A DNA stretch of 64,000 nucleotides from a bacterium (lineage in GTDB: Bacteria; Cyanobacteriota; Vampirovibrionia; Gastranaerophilales; UBA9971). Below the pieces are notes generated by a model, which was not told where the DNA came from, searched no databases, and saw nothing but the letters and a program-made list of their open reading frames with translations. This document shows, piece after piece, positions 29,680 through 38,368 of this stretch. The DNA lies in the NCBI GenBank assembly GCA_037147175.1, contig JBAWVS010000003.1, positions 9,864-73,863 on the forward strand, written 5' to 3'. Position numbers and translations under genes: made by a program. The stretch's first letter is position 1; each line of letters opens with the position of its first letter.

Positions 29680-30822
29680 ATGTTTGAAGATAAATTTGAC
29701 GATAAAATACTTGAACACTTAGAGGAGAAAGAGAAATTCCCCTCTTTTCCATTGCCGCTTACTGTAAAAAAAGCGGAAAATTCTTATTTGTTCGATATCA
29801 ATGAAAAAAAATATTTGGATTTAACGTCAAACAGGGAAAATAATCCTTTCGGGTATTCAAATATCATTATCGAAAGTGAAAATCGCTTTTTAGATTCCGA
29901 GCTGTTTGATTCTTACGACTCATTGAAGTTGAAAGAAATCTTAAAATCAGCGACAGGATTGGAAAAAGTATATTTTTCATCAAGTTTAGGGGAAATTTAC
30001 AACCTATCAGGCAACTTAATAAATATTCATCTTAATAATACAGGCAAAGATAAGATTCTTTTGTCATGTGCTTCCGCAAATAAAGACCTGTACGAGATAA
30101 AAGGTATTAAAGAAGAATTAGTTCCTGTAAACAAAGATTCTTTGCTTAAAACTCTGTTTTCCCGATCTGTAGGAGCCGTTATAATTCAGATTATTCAAAA
30201 GACTGACGAATTTATAATCGCAGAAGAAGAGTACTTAAAAGAAGTAAGGAAATTATGCGATAAAAACAATGCACTGCTTGTTTTTGACTGCGCAAACACA
30301 GCACCGCTCAGGCTAAATAACGGCTTATTCAACTATAATCCTGAAATTAAGCCTGATATTCTGATAATTTCAAAAGGATTAAGTCAGGGATTTCCTTTTA
30401 GTACTTTAATTGCATCAGAAAAGACTCCTCAAATTGAGCTTTTTGAGTCAAAAGCAGGACTTTACTCTCCTGCGTACTCTGCGGCATGCGAATTAATTCA
30501 GGATTTTCAGACAAATAAAACCGACGAAATTATTAGTTCAAACATAGAATATATAACTCAAAAGCTTGGTGAATTATCGGAAACCCATATAAGTCTTGTG
30601 GATTATTATTCAAGCGGAATGTTTTTTACACTTGTTGTTGATATTTCTGCTTATGAGTTTGCCAGAGAAGCCTTTAATAAAGGTGTTATAGTTGATACTC
30701 TTAACGACAGCAAGATTATACTTGCACCTCCGTATAATATTAAGAAAGATGAAACAGATTATTTAATTTTGATTTTTGACGAAGTTTTTGACCTGCTTGC
30801 AAAATTTGACAGAATGAAATAA
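29680..30822 (+). CDS. Divergent class-III (ornithine/acetylornithine-type) aminotransferase-like protein
   Basis: The length and layout fit. IISKGLSQGFP aligns with the PLP-Lys motif, but the usual DEVQTG motif is replaced by FDCANTA. Confidence 0.55.
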   Translation: MFEDKFDDKILEHLEEKEKFPSFPLPLTVKKAENSYLFDINEKKYLDLTSNRENNPFGYSNIIIESENRFLDSELFDSYDSLKLKEILKSATGLEKVYFSSSLGEIYNLSGNLINIHLNNTGKDKILLSCASANKDLYEIKGIKEELVPVNKDSLLKTLFSRSVGAVIIQIIQKTDEFIIAEEEYLKEVRKLCDKNNALLVFDCANTAPLRLNNGLFNYNPEIKPDILIISKGLSQGFPFSTLIASEKTPQIELFESKAGLYSPAYSAACELIQDFQTNKTDEIISSNIEYITQKLGELSETHISLVDYYSSGMFFTLVVDISAYEFAREAFNKGVIVDTLNDSKIILAPPYNIKKDETDYLILIFDEVFDLLAKFDRMK

Positions 30823-30930
30823 AAACCTCCTTTTATAAGGCTAAAACAGGAATGACTGGCCTAAAAGGCTCTAAAAAGGGGCTTACAAAAATAAACTACT
30901 AAAAGTTTTGCTTTTCTTTTTTTAAAAAAA

Positions 30931-30939
30931 TGATATAAT
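30931..30939 (+). promoter_or_regulatory. Extended -10 promoter element TGATATAAT
   Basis: Perfect TGnTATAAT, the identical 9-mer as at 48989. It heads a unit that ends at the terminator at 31261. Confidence 0.4.
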
Positions 30940-31066
30940 TAGTTAATGTTTCAACTTTCTTGTTTAGTTTTTTAAGAAAATTTAATCAAAAGAAAGGAGG
31001 TAAATTTAGAAAAATCCGCATTTAATCAGGTTAGTGCTTTAACAAGAAGTTTCGGGGTATTTCTAG

Positions 31067-31225
31067 ATGAGAGAACAATTTTTTCATGATCTTTCTTCAT
31101 TAACAAGTAAAACAACCAACTCCAAATACGAAACGGAAAAGAAAACAACAAATCTTAATTTAACAGCACTCCGTAGTTATATTAACTATATGAGAGAACG
31201 AGGAGTCACTGTTTACCCTATTTAA
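31067..31225 (+). CDS. Small hypothetical protein, 52 aa (MREQFFHDLSSLTSKTTNSKYETEKKTTNLNLTALRSYINYMRERGVTVYPI)
   Basis: It lies between the promoter at 30931 and the terminator at 31261. Only a weak SD (GGGGTA). An in-frame TAG lies immediately upstream of the ATG. Confidence 0.3.
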   Translation: MREQFFHDLSSLTSKTTNSKYETEKKTTNLNLTALRSYINYMRERGVTVYPI

Positions 31226-31260
31226 AAGGAATTTGAAACGGAAAAACAAAATATTTTTTA

Positions 31261-31300
31261 AAGAGAGAGTGCTTAAAAGCCCTCTCTCTTTTTTGATTTT
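31261..31300 (+). terminator. Intrinsic terminator (AAGAGAGAG-GC / GC-CTCTCTCTT stem, then TTTTGATTTT)
   Basis: 31261..31272 pairs with 31279..31290 with one mismatch and a 6-nt loop. A T-run follows. Confidence 0.7.
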
Positions 31301-31314
31301 TAAATTTAATATTA

Positions 31315-31731
31315 TTAATCGGAAGAAAGATAACTTTTAAAGTCTTTTTCGGGAATTAATTTATAAGTGCATCTTTTATAAAGTTTTCCTCCTGCTTTGA
31401 TTCGTGCAGGATTTGGATAATCCTTGCACATCTCAAGTCTGTTTTCATAATCAGGACAAAGATTTGTTTCATCTATAAATTTACAAGCAAGAATTAAATT
31501 TCCGTATTCATCTTTTCCGATAACTTTAAATCTTTTATACTTTGGATAAAAATTTGTTAAAAAATTAAATTCTTCTTCTGTATAAGCATCAAGACTGTAC
31601 ATAAAACGGCAGCAATCACCGCAACGACTGCATTCTCCTTCGATTCCATATTTAACTTTTTTTAGAACCAAATTCGACATTATTTCGTAATAAATATTTT
31701 TTATAAATTTTATTAAAACTTTTACATTCAT
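31315..31731 (-). CDS. YkgJ-family (CxxCxxCC) zinc/iron-chelating domain protein
   Basis: CSRCGDCCRFMY ... ACKFIDETNLCPDYENRLEMCKDYP. Confidence 0.7.
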   Translation of the reverse strand: MNVKVLIKFIKNIYYEIMSNLVLKKVKYGIEGECSRCGDCCRFMYSLDAYTEEEFNFLTNFYPKYKRFKVIGKDEYGNLILACKFIDETNLCPDYENRLEMCKDYPNPARIKAGGKLYKRCTYKLIPEKDFKSYLSSD

Positions 31732-31850
31732 TAATATATTCTAAACTAATTTAAAAATATTAAAATATATTAAAATCCTGCACGAAATCGAAATATAATA
31801 TAATATTATATATAAAACACCTTTATTAAGAAAATTTTCGGAGAAAAATA

Positions 31851-32978
31851 TTGTTTGCTCACGGTGAATTAAACACAAGACTCACTCATACACTTAGATT
31901 TAACAGGTTTTTGACTATTGCTTTAATTATAAATCTTGTTGTTTATTCATTACAAGATTACGGAAATCATAGTATGACTTGTCATATCTTTCTTTCGTTA
32001 AGCTGGATTATTCTCGGACTGTACATAATCTCAAACGAAATCCTAATATGGGTTACGAATAAGCCTGATTTGTCTTCTCAACATTCCTGCGAAACCCTGT
32101 CAGGCTTTAACACAGTTTTAACAGCGTCACTTATAATAATGCTTACAATATTTACAGGCAACAGTGACTATATTTTCCTCTCATTAATACCGCTTATTCA
32201 AGGAATATCATACGGAAACACAAAGCTATCCCTGAATATTTTTATCACCTGCGCAGGTATAATATTTATTGCCAACATTTTTGGCTGGTTTCAAAAAGAT
32301 TTTTTAATTTCTAATCAGAATGTTATATTAACTAAAACACTCTCATTCCTTACAGTTATGGGGGTATTAACATATCTGGTAAAAATATTTAACAGTTTCA
32401 TTGAATTTGCGGGAAATAAAGCTGATGTGCTTCACAATATGGCAACAACAGATGCTTTAACCGGTCTTATGAACAGAAGAGAGTTTAATAGAAGAATTGC
32501 AGAAGAGTTTTCAAGGGCTAAAAGACATAAAACTCAATTAAGTCTTGCTCTTTTTGATATTGATTTTTTCAAAAAAATAAATGATACATACGGTCATAAC
32601 GCAGGCGATGTGATTTTAAAAGAGCTTGGCAGTTTGATTTCCAGCAAAACAAGGACTTCTGATATTGCATGCCGTTATGGAGGCGAAGAATTTGTTCTTA
32701 TACTTCCTGAAACATCTCAAGTTGAAGCTTATGAGCTTCTTGACAGATTAAGACAAATTGTAGCGGAAGAAATTTTTAATCAAGCAGAAAAACCGATTAA
32801 AGCCACTATTAGTGTAGGGGTTGCACAGCTTGATCTGTCCGACAAAAACCCTATTGATTTCTGCGAGAGAGCCGACAAAGCACTTTATAAAGCAAAAGAA
32901 AGCGGTAGAAACAGAGTTGAAAGAGCTTCTCTCGGTCTTCCCAAAATCGAATTGGTTTACAAGAAAAAAGTTAGCTAA
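31851..32978 (+). CDS. Membrane-anchored diguanylate cyclase (GGDEF domain)
   Basis: About six N-terminal TM segments. Then DALTGLMNRREF, FDIDFFKKINDTYGHNAGD and RYGGEEFVLILP. TTG start with GGAG 7 nt upstream. Confidence 0.85.
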   Translation: MFAHGELNTRLTHTLRFNRFLTIALIINLVVYSLQDYGNHSMTCHIFLSLSWIILGLYIISNEILIWVTNKPDLSSQHSCETLSGFNTVLTASLIIMLTIFTGNSDYIFLSLIPLIQGISYGNTKLSLNIFITCAGIIFIANIFGWFQKDFLISNQNVILTKTLSFLTVMGVLTYLVKIFNSFIEFAGNKADVLHNMATTDALTGLMNRREFNRRIAEEFSRAKRHKTQLSLALFDIDFFKKINDTYGHNAGDVILKELGSLISSKTRTSDIACRYGGEEFVLILPETSQVEAYELLDRLRQIVAEEIFNQAEKPIKATISVGVAQLDLSDKNPIDFCERADKALYKAKESGRNRVERASLGLPKIELVYKKKVS

Positions 32979-33026
32979 TTTTAAAGCCTGGATTCATCTT
33001 CAAGAAGGGAATTTCAAGTTTAAACT

Positions 33027-33605
33027 TTAATTTCCAGAATTATAAGAAGTATATCTGTTTTTTGATCTTGCATAAGCAACATAATCAAGATATGAAGGCA
33101 ATTTATATAAGTAATCCATTGGATTAACGTACATTTTGTTATATGTAACTTCAAAATGCAAATGAGGTCCATTTGAACGACCTGTTGAACCGACATAAGA
33201 TATAACTTGTCCGCGTCTTATGGTATCTCCAACATTTACAACAAGAGCAGAATTATGTCCGTATAATGTTTGCAGTCTTGGAATTTGTGGGAGATCAGGA
33301 TAATAATGGTCAATTATTACGCAATTGCCATAACCTCCTTTCACTCCGCTGTAAATAACTACTCCGTCCTGAACCGCATATACGGGAGTACCCGTATCAG
33401 CAGCTATATCAACACCGCTATGAAAAGCTATTTTTCCTGTGAACGGATCAGGCCTCATTCCAAAGCCTGAAGAGATTTTTCCGTAAACCGGTCCGACTAC
33501 ATCATATTTCGCATATGCAAAACTTCCCTGAACTACAAACCAGAGAAATAAAACAAATATTATTATAAATTTTTTGTATCTTTTCAAGATCCTACCACTC
33601 CACAA
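33027..33605 (-). CDS. M23-family (LytM-type) peptidoglycan metalloendopeptidase; an alternative TTG start at 33587 gives a cleaner signal peptide
   Basis: Motifs: HSGVDIAADTGTPVYAV, LYGHNS, GPHLHFEV. N-terminal signal/TM KRYKKFIIIFVLFLWFVVQGSFAYA. Confidence 0.85.
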   Translation of the reverse strand: MWSGRILKRYKKFIIIFVLFLWFVVQGSFAYAKYDVVGPVYGKISSGFGMRPDPFTGKIAFHSGVDIAADTGTPVYAVQDGVVIYSGVKGGYGNCVIIDHYYPDLPQIPRLQTLYGHNSALVVNVGDTIRRGQVISYVGSTGRSNGPHLHFEVTYNKMYVNPMDYLYKLPSYLDYVAYARSKNRYTSYNSGN

Positions 33606-33786
33606 GGCTTTTTGGGGTTGCCTTTAAGTAAAATATTTAATCATGTATCCACATACTAAGTCTAACAACTATAAAATTATTCAGCCTCCTATGAATTCTG
33701 TATTTGAAAAAACACATAATTATTTAATCGGCATATATTTTTTAAAATTAATAATTTATTTTCAGAAATCAATTTTTTAAAATCAG

Positions 33787-33813
33787 AAACAGGGTAAATT
33801 GCTTACCCTGTTT
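33787..33813 (-). terminator. Perfect 11-bp hairpin AAACAGGGTAA / TTACCCTGTTT (5-nt loop); possible terminator of the pur operon and small-ORF transcript
   Basis: On the minus strand it is followed by CTGATTTT, an imperfect U-tract. The function is uncertain. Confidence 0.35.
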
Positions 33814-33985
33814 GAAAAAATAATTGTAAATTTTTTTTAATATATATTAAAAATTGCTTAACCTAAAATGAGTTTATATTTTCGAAAACTCATCGTTTCC
33901 GAAAATAACGCTCTTAACAGTGAATACCGCTTTTCTGCCGGTTGTTAAAATCCCGAATTTATTTTTGAAGCGGTATAACCTAAAA

Positions 33986-34123
33986 TTATTTGGCTAGCAA
34001 AATAATTTTTTCAATGGCTTCGTCTTGTAAATTATATTTTTCTTGAAGCTCAATTAATCTTCTTTCCAAAAAATTAATATCTGCTTTTCTGATTGCTTGT
34101 GTGTTGTTTTTTATTAAATTCAT
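33986..34123 (-). CDS. Small hypothetical protein, 45 aa (MNLIKNNTQAIRKADINFLERRLIELQEKYNLQDEAIEKIILLAK)
   Basis: AAGGAGTG lies about 10 nt upstream of the ATG. Helical heptad-like sequence. Below the track size cut-off. Confidence 0.35.
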   Translation of the reverse strand: MNLIKNNTQAIRKADINFLERRLIELQEKYNLQDEAIEKIILLAK

Positions 34124-34228
34124 AATTTGTTACACTCCTTAGTTTTTGAATTACATCTCTCTTACTTATATAAAAACATCGGAGTGCAAAATATTGCCTT
34201 TTTATATATTAAATAAATAATTTATTTT

Positions 34229-34639
34229 TTATTTAATTTGTTTAAGAACTCTATGTGCAAAATTTACCGAATTTAACATTCCATGCATGCCAATAGCCAT
34301 AGTCGCCACAGGAACACCTTTTGGCATTTGGGCTATCGAGAGAAGTGCGTCCATCCCATTAAGCGGGCCAGTATCTCGAGGCACACCAATCACAGGAAGA
34401 TTGACCCTGGCAGCAACTACACCCGGCAAAGCCGCAGCTAATCCGGCAACAGCAATAATAATTTTAGTTTTTCCGGCTTTTTCAATTTCACCAAGATAAT
34501 TCAAAAGCTCTTCTAAATTTCTGTGTGCCGAATATACAACATATTCTGTTTCTATTCCAAGTTCTTCGGCCAATTTTAAGGCAGGTTCTACAAAGCTTGT
34601 ATCACTTTCAGACCCCGCAATTATGACAAGTTCCTTCAT
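34229..34639 (-). CDS. purE: N5-carboxyaminoimidazole ribonucleotide mutase (PurE); start placed at the internal ATG
   Basis: MKELVIIAGSESD (GSxSD), SAHR, GLAAALPGVVA. The 24-codon N-terminal extension in the track ORF overlaps purD and looks spurious. Confidence 0.9.
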   Translation of the reverse strand: MKELVIIAGSESDTSFVEPALKLAEELGIETEYVVYSAHRNLEELLNYLGEIEKAGKTKIIIAVAGLAAALPGVVAARVNLPVIGVPRDTGPLNGMDALLSIAQMPKGVPVATMAIGMHGMLNSVNFAHRVLKQIK

Positions 34640-35900
34640 CTTTGCAACAACCTTTCCCAAAAACGCTAACTTCACCGATATCGTTTCTAAACACTTTATC
34701 AACATAATCAAGCTGTTTTATAGCATCGTAAATATCTTTTTGCGCGCCAATTCCGCTTTTGCAGACCGACAAAACCCTTCCGCCATTGGCAAAAAGTTTT
34801 CCTTCATCTATATTTACACCTGCATAAAAAATATTTACTTCGTTATTATCAATAATTTCATCAATATTAACTATTTCACCGCCTTTAACCGGATTTTCGG
34901 GATAACCTTCCGCAGCAACAACAACACAAAAAGATTGCCCATGTTTCCATTTAAGTTCAACCTCATCAAGCTTTTTCTCGGAATGCTTCTTGAAAAGTTC
35001 AAGCAAATCAGTATTAAGATGCATTAATAATGCCTGAGTTTCAGGATCACCAAACCTCATGTTATACTCAAGGACTTTAACTCCTTCATCGGTAATCATC
35101 AAGCCGGAATAAACCACACCTGTAAAATCGGCATTTTCTCTAATCAATGCCTCTTTTAAAAGTTTTATATAATCTTCAATCCACTCATACTCTTTGACTA
35201 CAAGAGAAACAGGACAATATGCTCCCATTCCGCCTGTATTAGGTCCTTTATTGCCGGAGAGTAATCTTTTATAATCTCTTGCAGGGACTAATGGCAGCAG
35301 TGTCTTTCCATCCCACAGGGAAATTAAGGAGATTTCAGCTCCTTCAAGGAATTCTTCCACTATAATTTTTTGAGAAGCCTGACCAAATTGGCCATCCAGA
35401 AAATCTTTCAAAGTATTTTCAGCATCTTCTTTTGTTGAAGCTATATAAACACCTTTTCCTGCCGCCAAACCGTCTGCTTTTATGACCACAGGTATTTTGA
35501 ATCCCTCTAAAACCTCTGCTATCTGCGATTTATCGCTAATTAGTTTATATTTTGCGGTTGGAATATTATTTCGCTCCATAAAATCTTTTGCAAAAGACTT
35601 TGAACCTTCCAGCATGGCCCATTTTTTATCAGCACCAATGGCAGGAATTCCGATTTTATTAAATTCATCAACTATTCCACTTATTAAAGGGTCTTCAGGT
35701 CCGACAACTATTAAATCTATTCCGATTTCTTTTGATATACGAGCGAGTTCTATATGATTTTCTGCCTCAATGACTTCTCCGAGTTCGGCAAATCCGTCAT
35801 TGGGCTTACATAAATATAATTTTTCCAATAATGGCGATTGTTTTATTTTCCATGCAAGTGTGTGTTCTCTTGCTCCGCCTCCGTATACAAGAACTTTCAA
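34608..35900 (-). CDS. purD: Phosphoribosylamine-glycine ligase (PurD)
   Basis: MKVLVYGGGAREHTLAWK, ATP-grasp core (VVIKADGLAAGKGV, EEFLEG, GGMGAY). Ends 32 nt inside purE. Confidence 0.95.
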   Translation of the reverse strand: MKVLVYGGGAREHTLAWKIKQSPLLEKLYLCKPNDGFAELGEVIEAENHIELARISKEIGIDLIVVGPEDPLISGIVDEFNKIGIPAIGADKKWAMLEGSKSFAKDFMERNNIPTAKYKLISDKSQIAEVLEGFKIPVVIKADGLAAGKGVYIASTKEDAENTLKDFLDGQFGQASQKIIVEEFLEGAEISLISLWDGKTLLPLVPARDYKRLLSGNKGPNTGGMGAYCPVSLVVKEYEWIEDYIKLLKEALIRENADFTGVVYSGLMITDEGVKVLEYNMRFGDPETQALLMHLNTDLLELFKKHSEKKLDEVELKWKHGQSFCVVVAAEGYPENPVKGGEIVNIDEIIDNNEVNIFYAGVNIDEGKLFANGGRVLSVCKSGIGAQKDIYDAIKQLDYVDKVFRNDIGEVSVFGKGCCKDEGTCHNCGV

Positions 35901-35902
35901 GT

Positions 35903-36874
35903 TTATTCTCCCGCGTTAACTCTGACTTTTTCTTTGTAATTGCTTATTATAGTCCCTAAAATAAAAGGTTCATAAGATTTACAAACTTCAAAAACGCTGT
36001 TAAGTTTGTCAGGGTGGACAATTACACACATTCCAACACCCATATTAAATGTTTTATAGGCTTCTTCAAAACCAACTAAATCTTCTAACTTTGTAAAAAC
36101 AGTATTTTCCGGAATATTTTTGGTTGAAATATCAGCGCATAAAGCATCTGGAATAACTCTTTCGAGGTTTCCTTTTATTCCTCCGCCTGTTATGTTTGCA
36201 CAAACTTTAATTGCATTTTGATTACATAGTTTTAAGATTTCATTTACGTATATATACGTTGGTTCTAGTGTGTTTTCAAGTTCTTCATCACTGATAAGCC
36301 CTTGCTCGTGGAGTTTTCTTATCAAAGTATACCCGTTAGAATGAGGTCCGCTTGACTTAAGACCAATTACAATATCACCTTCTTCGACGTTTTCTTTTCT
36401 TAACATCAAATCCTTTTTCACCAGCCCTAAAGCAAATCCTCCAACATCAAAATGTCCTTTTTTCATTAAGTCACTCAGTTCTGCTGTTTCTCCACCCAAC
36501 AAAATACAGTTATATTTGCTTAATTCAGTTTTAAGAGCTTTTATAAATCTTGAAGTTACTTCCACATCAAGAGTATGAGTTGCAAAATAATCAAGAAAGA
36601 ATAAAGGCGAAGCTCCGACACAAATCATATCATTCAAATTCATTGCTATAAGGTCAATAGCAGCTGTTTCAATCAAGTTATATTTGCTTAATGGAATTAT
36701 TTTTGTTCCTACTCCATCTGTACAGCCCACTAAATAATGGTCTGGAAGCACAAGATGCTCATATATTCCTGCAAAATTTCCTATATTCTCATTTTTGACT
36801 TCATTTCTTATAAGTTCTGTAAGCATATCTGCCTTTTCGATGCTTACACCTGCTTGTTCATAAGTAATTTTCAT
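35903..36874 (-). CDS. purM: Phosphoribosylformylglycinamidine cyclo-ligase (PurM)
   Basis: Motifs: DGVGTK, GGETAE, ITGGG. Confidence 0.95.
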   Translation of the reverse strand: MKITYEQAGVSIEKADMLTELIRNEVKNENIGNFAGIYEHLVLPDHYLVGCTDGVGTKIIPLSKYNLIETAAIDLIAMNLNDMICVGASPLFFLDYFATHTLDVEVTSRFIKALKTELSKYNCILLGGETAELSDLMKKGHFDVGGFALGLVKKDLMLRKENVEEGDIVIGLKSSGPHSNGYTLIRKLHEQGLISDEELENTLEPTYIYVNEILKLCNQNAIKVCANITGGGIKGNLERVIPDALCADISTKNIPENTVFTKLEDLVGFEEAYKTFNMGVGMCVIVHPDKLNSVFEVCKSYEPFILGTIISNYKEKVRVNAGE

Positions 36875-36886
36875 TTTAATTTCCTG

Positions 36887-38368
36887 TTATTTATTTATGG
36901 AACCGGTACAAACCAGATCACAATGTTTATTTTTATTGGTATGTTTAGATTCTTTGGTAACCGGAGCAGTTAAACATGAATAGCACCAATCTTCCCATCC
37001 GAAAATATCTTTTAAGCCGTCAAGTGAAAGATAATCCAGAGAATCTGCCTCGATAAAATTCTTTATTCCTTCTGTATCCTTATACATGTTCGCTAAAAGC
37101 TCTTTCGGTGATGGAATATCAACTCCCCATTGACATGTATTAATTAATTTTGGAGAAGCTGACCTGAAATGGACTTCTTTGGCACCTGAATTCTTTATCA
37201 TTCTTACTATTTCACGTGATGTTGTACCTCTGACAATAGAATCATCTATTATTACTACCTTTTTGCCTTCAAGAACCTCTCTCATCGGCGTAAGCTTTCT
37301 TATAACGCTATTTCTTCTTAATTGCTGTTCAGGAAGTATAAAAGTCCTTCCAACCCATCGGTTTCTCATTAATCCTAATTGAAAAGGGATTCCTGACTGT
37401 TGTGAAAAGCCAAGTGCCGGAGCAAATCCTGAATCCATTACAGGAACAACGATATCAGCATCAACAGGGTTTTCAACAGCACATTTCTTGCCGAGTTCAA
37501 CTCTTGCCATGTAGACGTTTTTACCGAATATATTTGAATCAGGACGAGCAAAGTATATATGTTCAAACACACACATCTTTGACGGCATTTCAGGAGCGAA
37601 TCTTTTTATTTCATAACCATCTCTGGTTATAATAACGCCTTCTCCCGGTTTAATCTGTGTTACTTTTTTTTCTGTTAAAGATTGAAAAGCTGTATCTTCA
37701 GAGCTTATAAAAATTCCTTCTTCAGCTTCGCACAATACTAATGGTCTATATCCGAGAGGATCTCTATAAGCAAAAACTTTTCCCGGTACACAAAATAATA
37801 TTGACCATGCTCCGCCCAAGAAATTTTTTGTTAACACTTTGCCGATTTCTTCAAACGACCATTCAGAAGGGGGTCTGCAAAGTTCCCTTACTACTTTTTT
37901 AAGGATCATTTCTGTATCAGAAGTTGTAAGAAAAACCTCTCCTTGCTCTTCAAGGTGTTTTTTCATTTTTACAGCCGCATCAACATTGCCATTATGGGCA
38001 ACCGAAACCTTTTCTCCAAGATAAGTAATCACATACGGTTGAGCATGGAGTGAATCAGACGAACCTTGTGTTGAATATCTTACATGTCCGATGCCTGTTT
38101 TGCCCTTTAGATTATGAATTACTTTATCCGTAAGAACTTCCATCACGAGTCCTTTGTTCTTATGAACAACTAAATCTTTGTCTCCACAGCACAAACCTGC
38201 GCTTTCCTGTCCCCTGTGTTGAAGCATGAATAATCCCTGCTGGATAAAAGGAGCTATATTGTGATTATGGCTAATACCTCCAAAGATTCCGCATTCTTCT
38301 GAAAATTTTACTCCGTCAATTTTGGAATCAGCATAGCCTAGACAATGTTTTTCACAGGAAAATTTCAT
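36887..38368 (-). CDS. purF: Amidophosphoribosyltransferase (PurF), with N-terminal propeptide-like extension and Fe-S type Cys pattern
   Basis: CGIFG nucleophile context after about 25 residues. PRTase motif VVIIDDSIVRGTT. CYSC near the C-terminus. Confidence 0.95.
   Translation of the reverse strand: MKFSCEKHCLGYADSKIDGVKFSEECGIFGGISHNHNIAPFIQQGLFMLQHRGQESAGLCCGDKDLVVHKNKGLVMEVLTDKVIHNLKGKTGIGHVRYSTQGSSDSLHAQPYVITYLGEKVSVAHNGNVDAAVKMKKHLEEQGEVFLTTSDTEMILKKVVRELCRPPSEWSFEEIGKVLTKNFLGGAWSILFCVPGKVFAYRDPLGYRPLVLCEAEEGIFISSEDTAFQSLTEKKVTQIKPGEGVIITRDGYEIKRFAPEMPSKMCVFEHIYFARPDSNIFGKNVYMARVELGKKCAVENPVDADIVVPVMDSGFAPALGFSQQSGIPFQLGLMRNRWVGRTFILPEQQLRRNSVIRKLTPMREVLEGKKVVIIDDSIVRGTTSREIVRMIKNSGAKEVHFRSASPKLINTCQWGVDIPSPKELLANMYKDTEGIKNFIEADSLDYLSLDGLKDIFGWEDWCYSCLTAPVTKESKHTNKNKHCDLVCTGSINK

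Noticed and set aside
30993-31002. GAAAGGAGGT as the ribosome-binding site of an unlisted gene
   Set aside because: No ATG, GTG or TTG follows within a usable distance. The nearest ATT is followed immediately by TAG.
34608-34711. (a) The 24-codon N-terminal extension of purE in the track; (b) the Cys-rich PurD tail (GKGCCKDEGTCHNCGV) as a functional metal site
   Set aside because: (a) The PurE family starts at MKELVIIAGSESD, which has its own SD-like GGGAAAGG. (b) The PurD tail is simply the out-of-frame overlap with purE, and I have no evidence that it is a domain.
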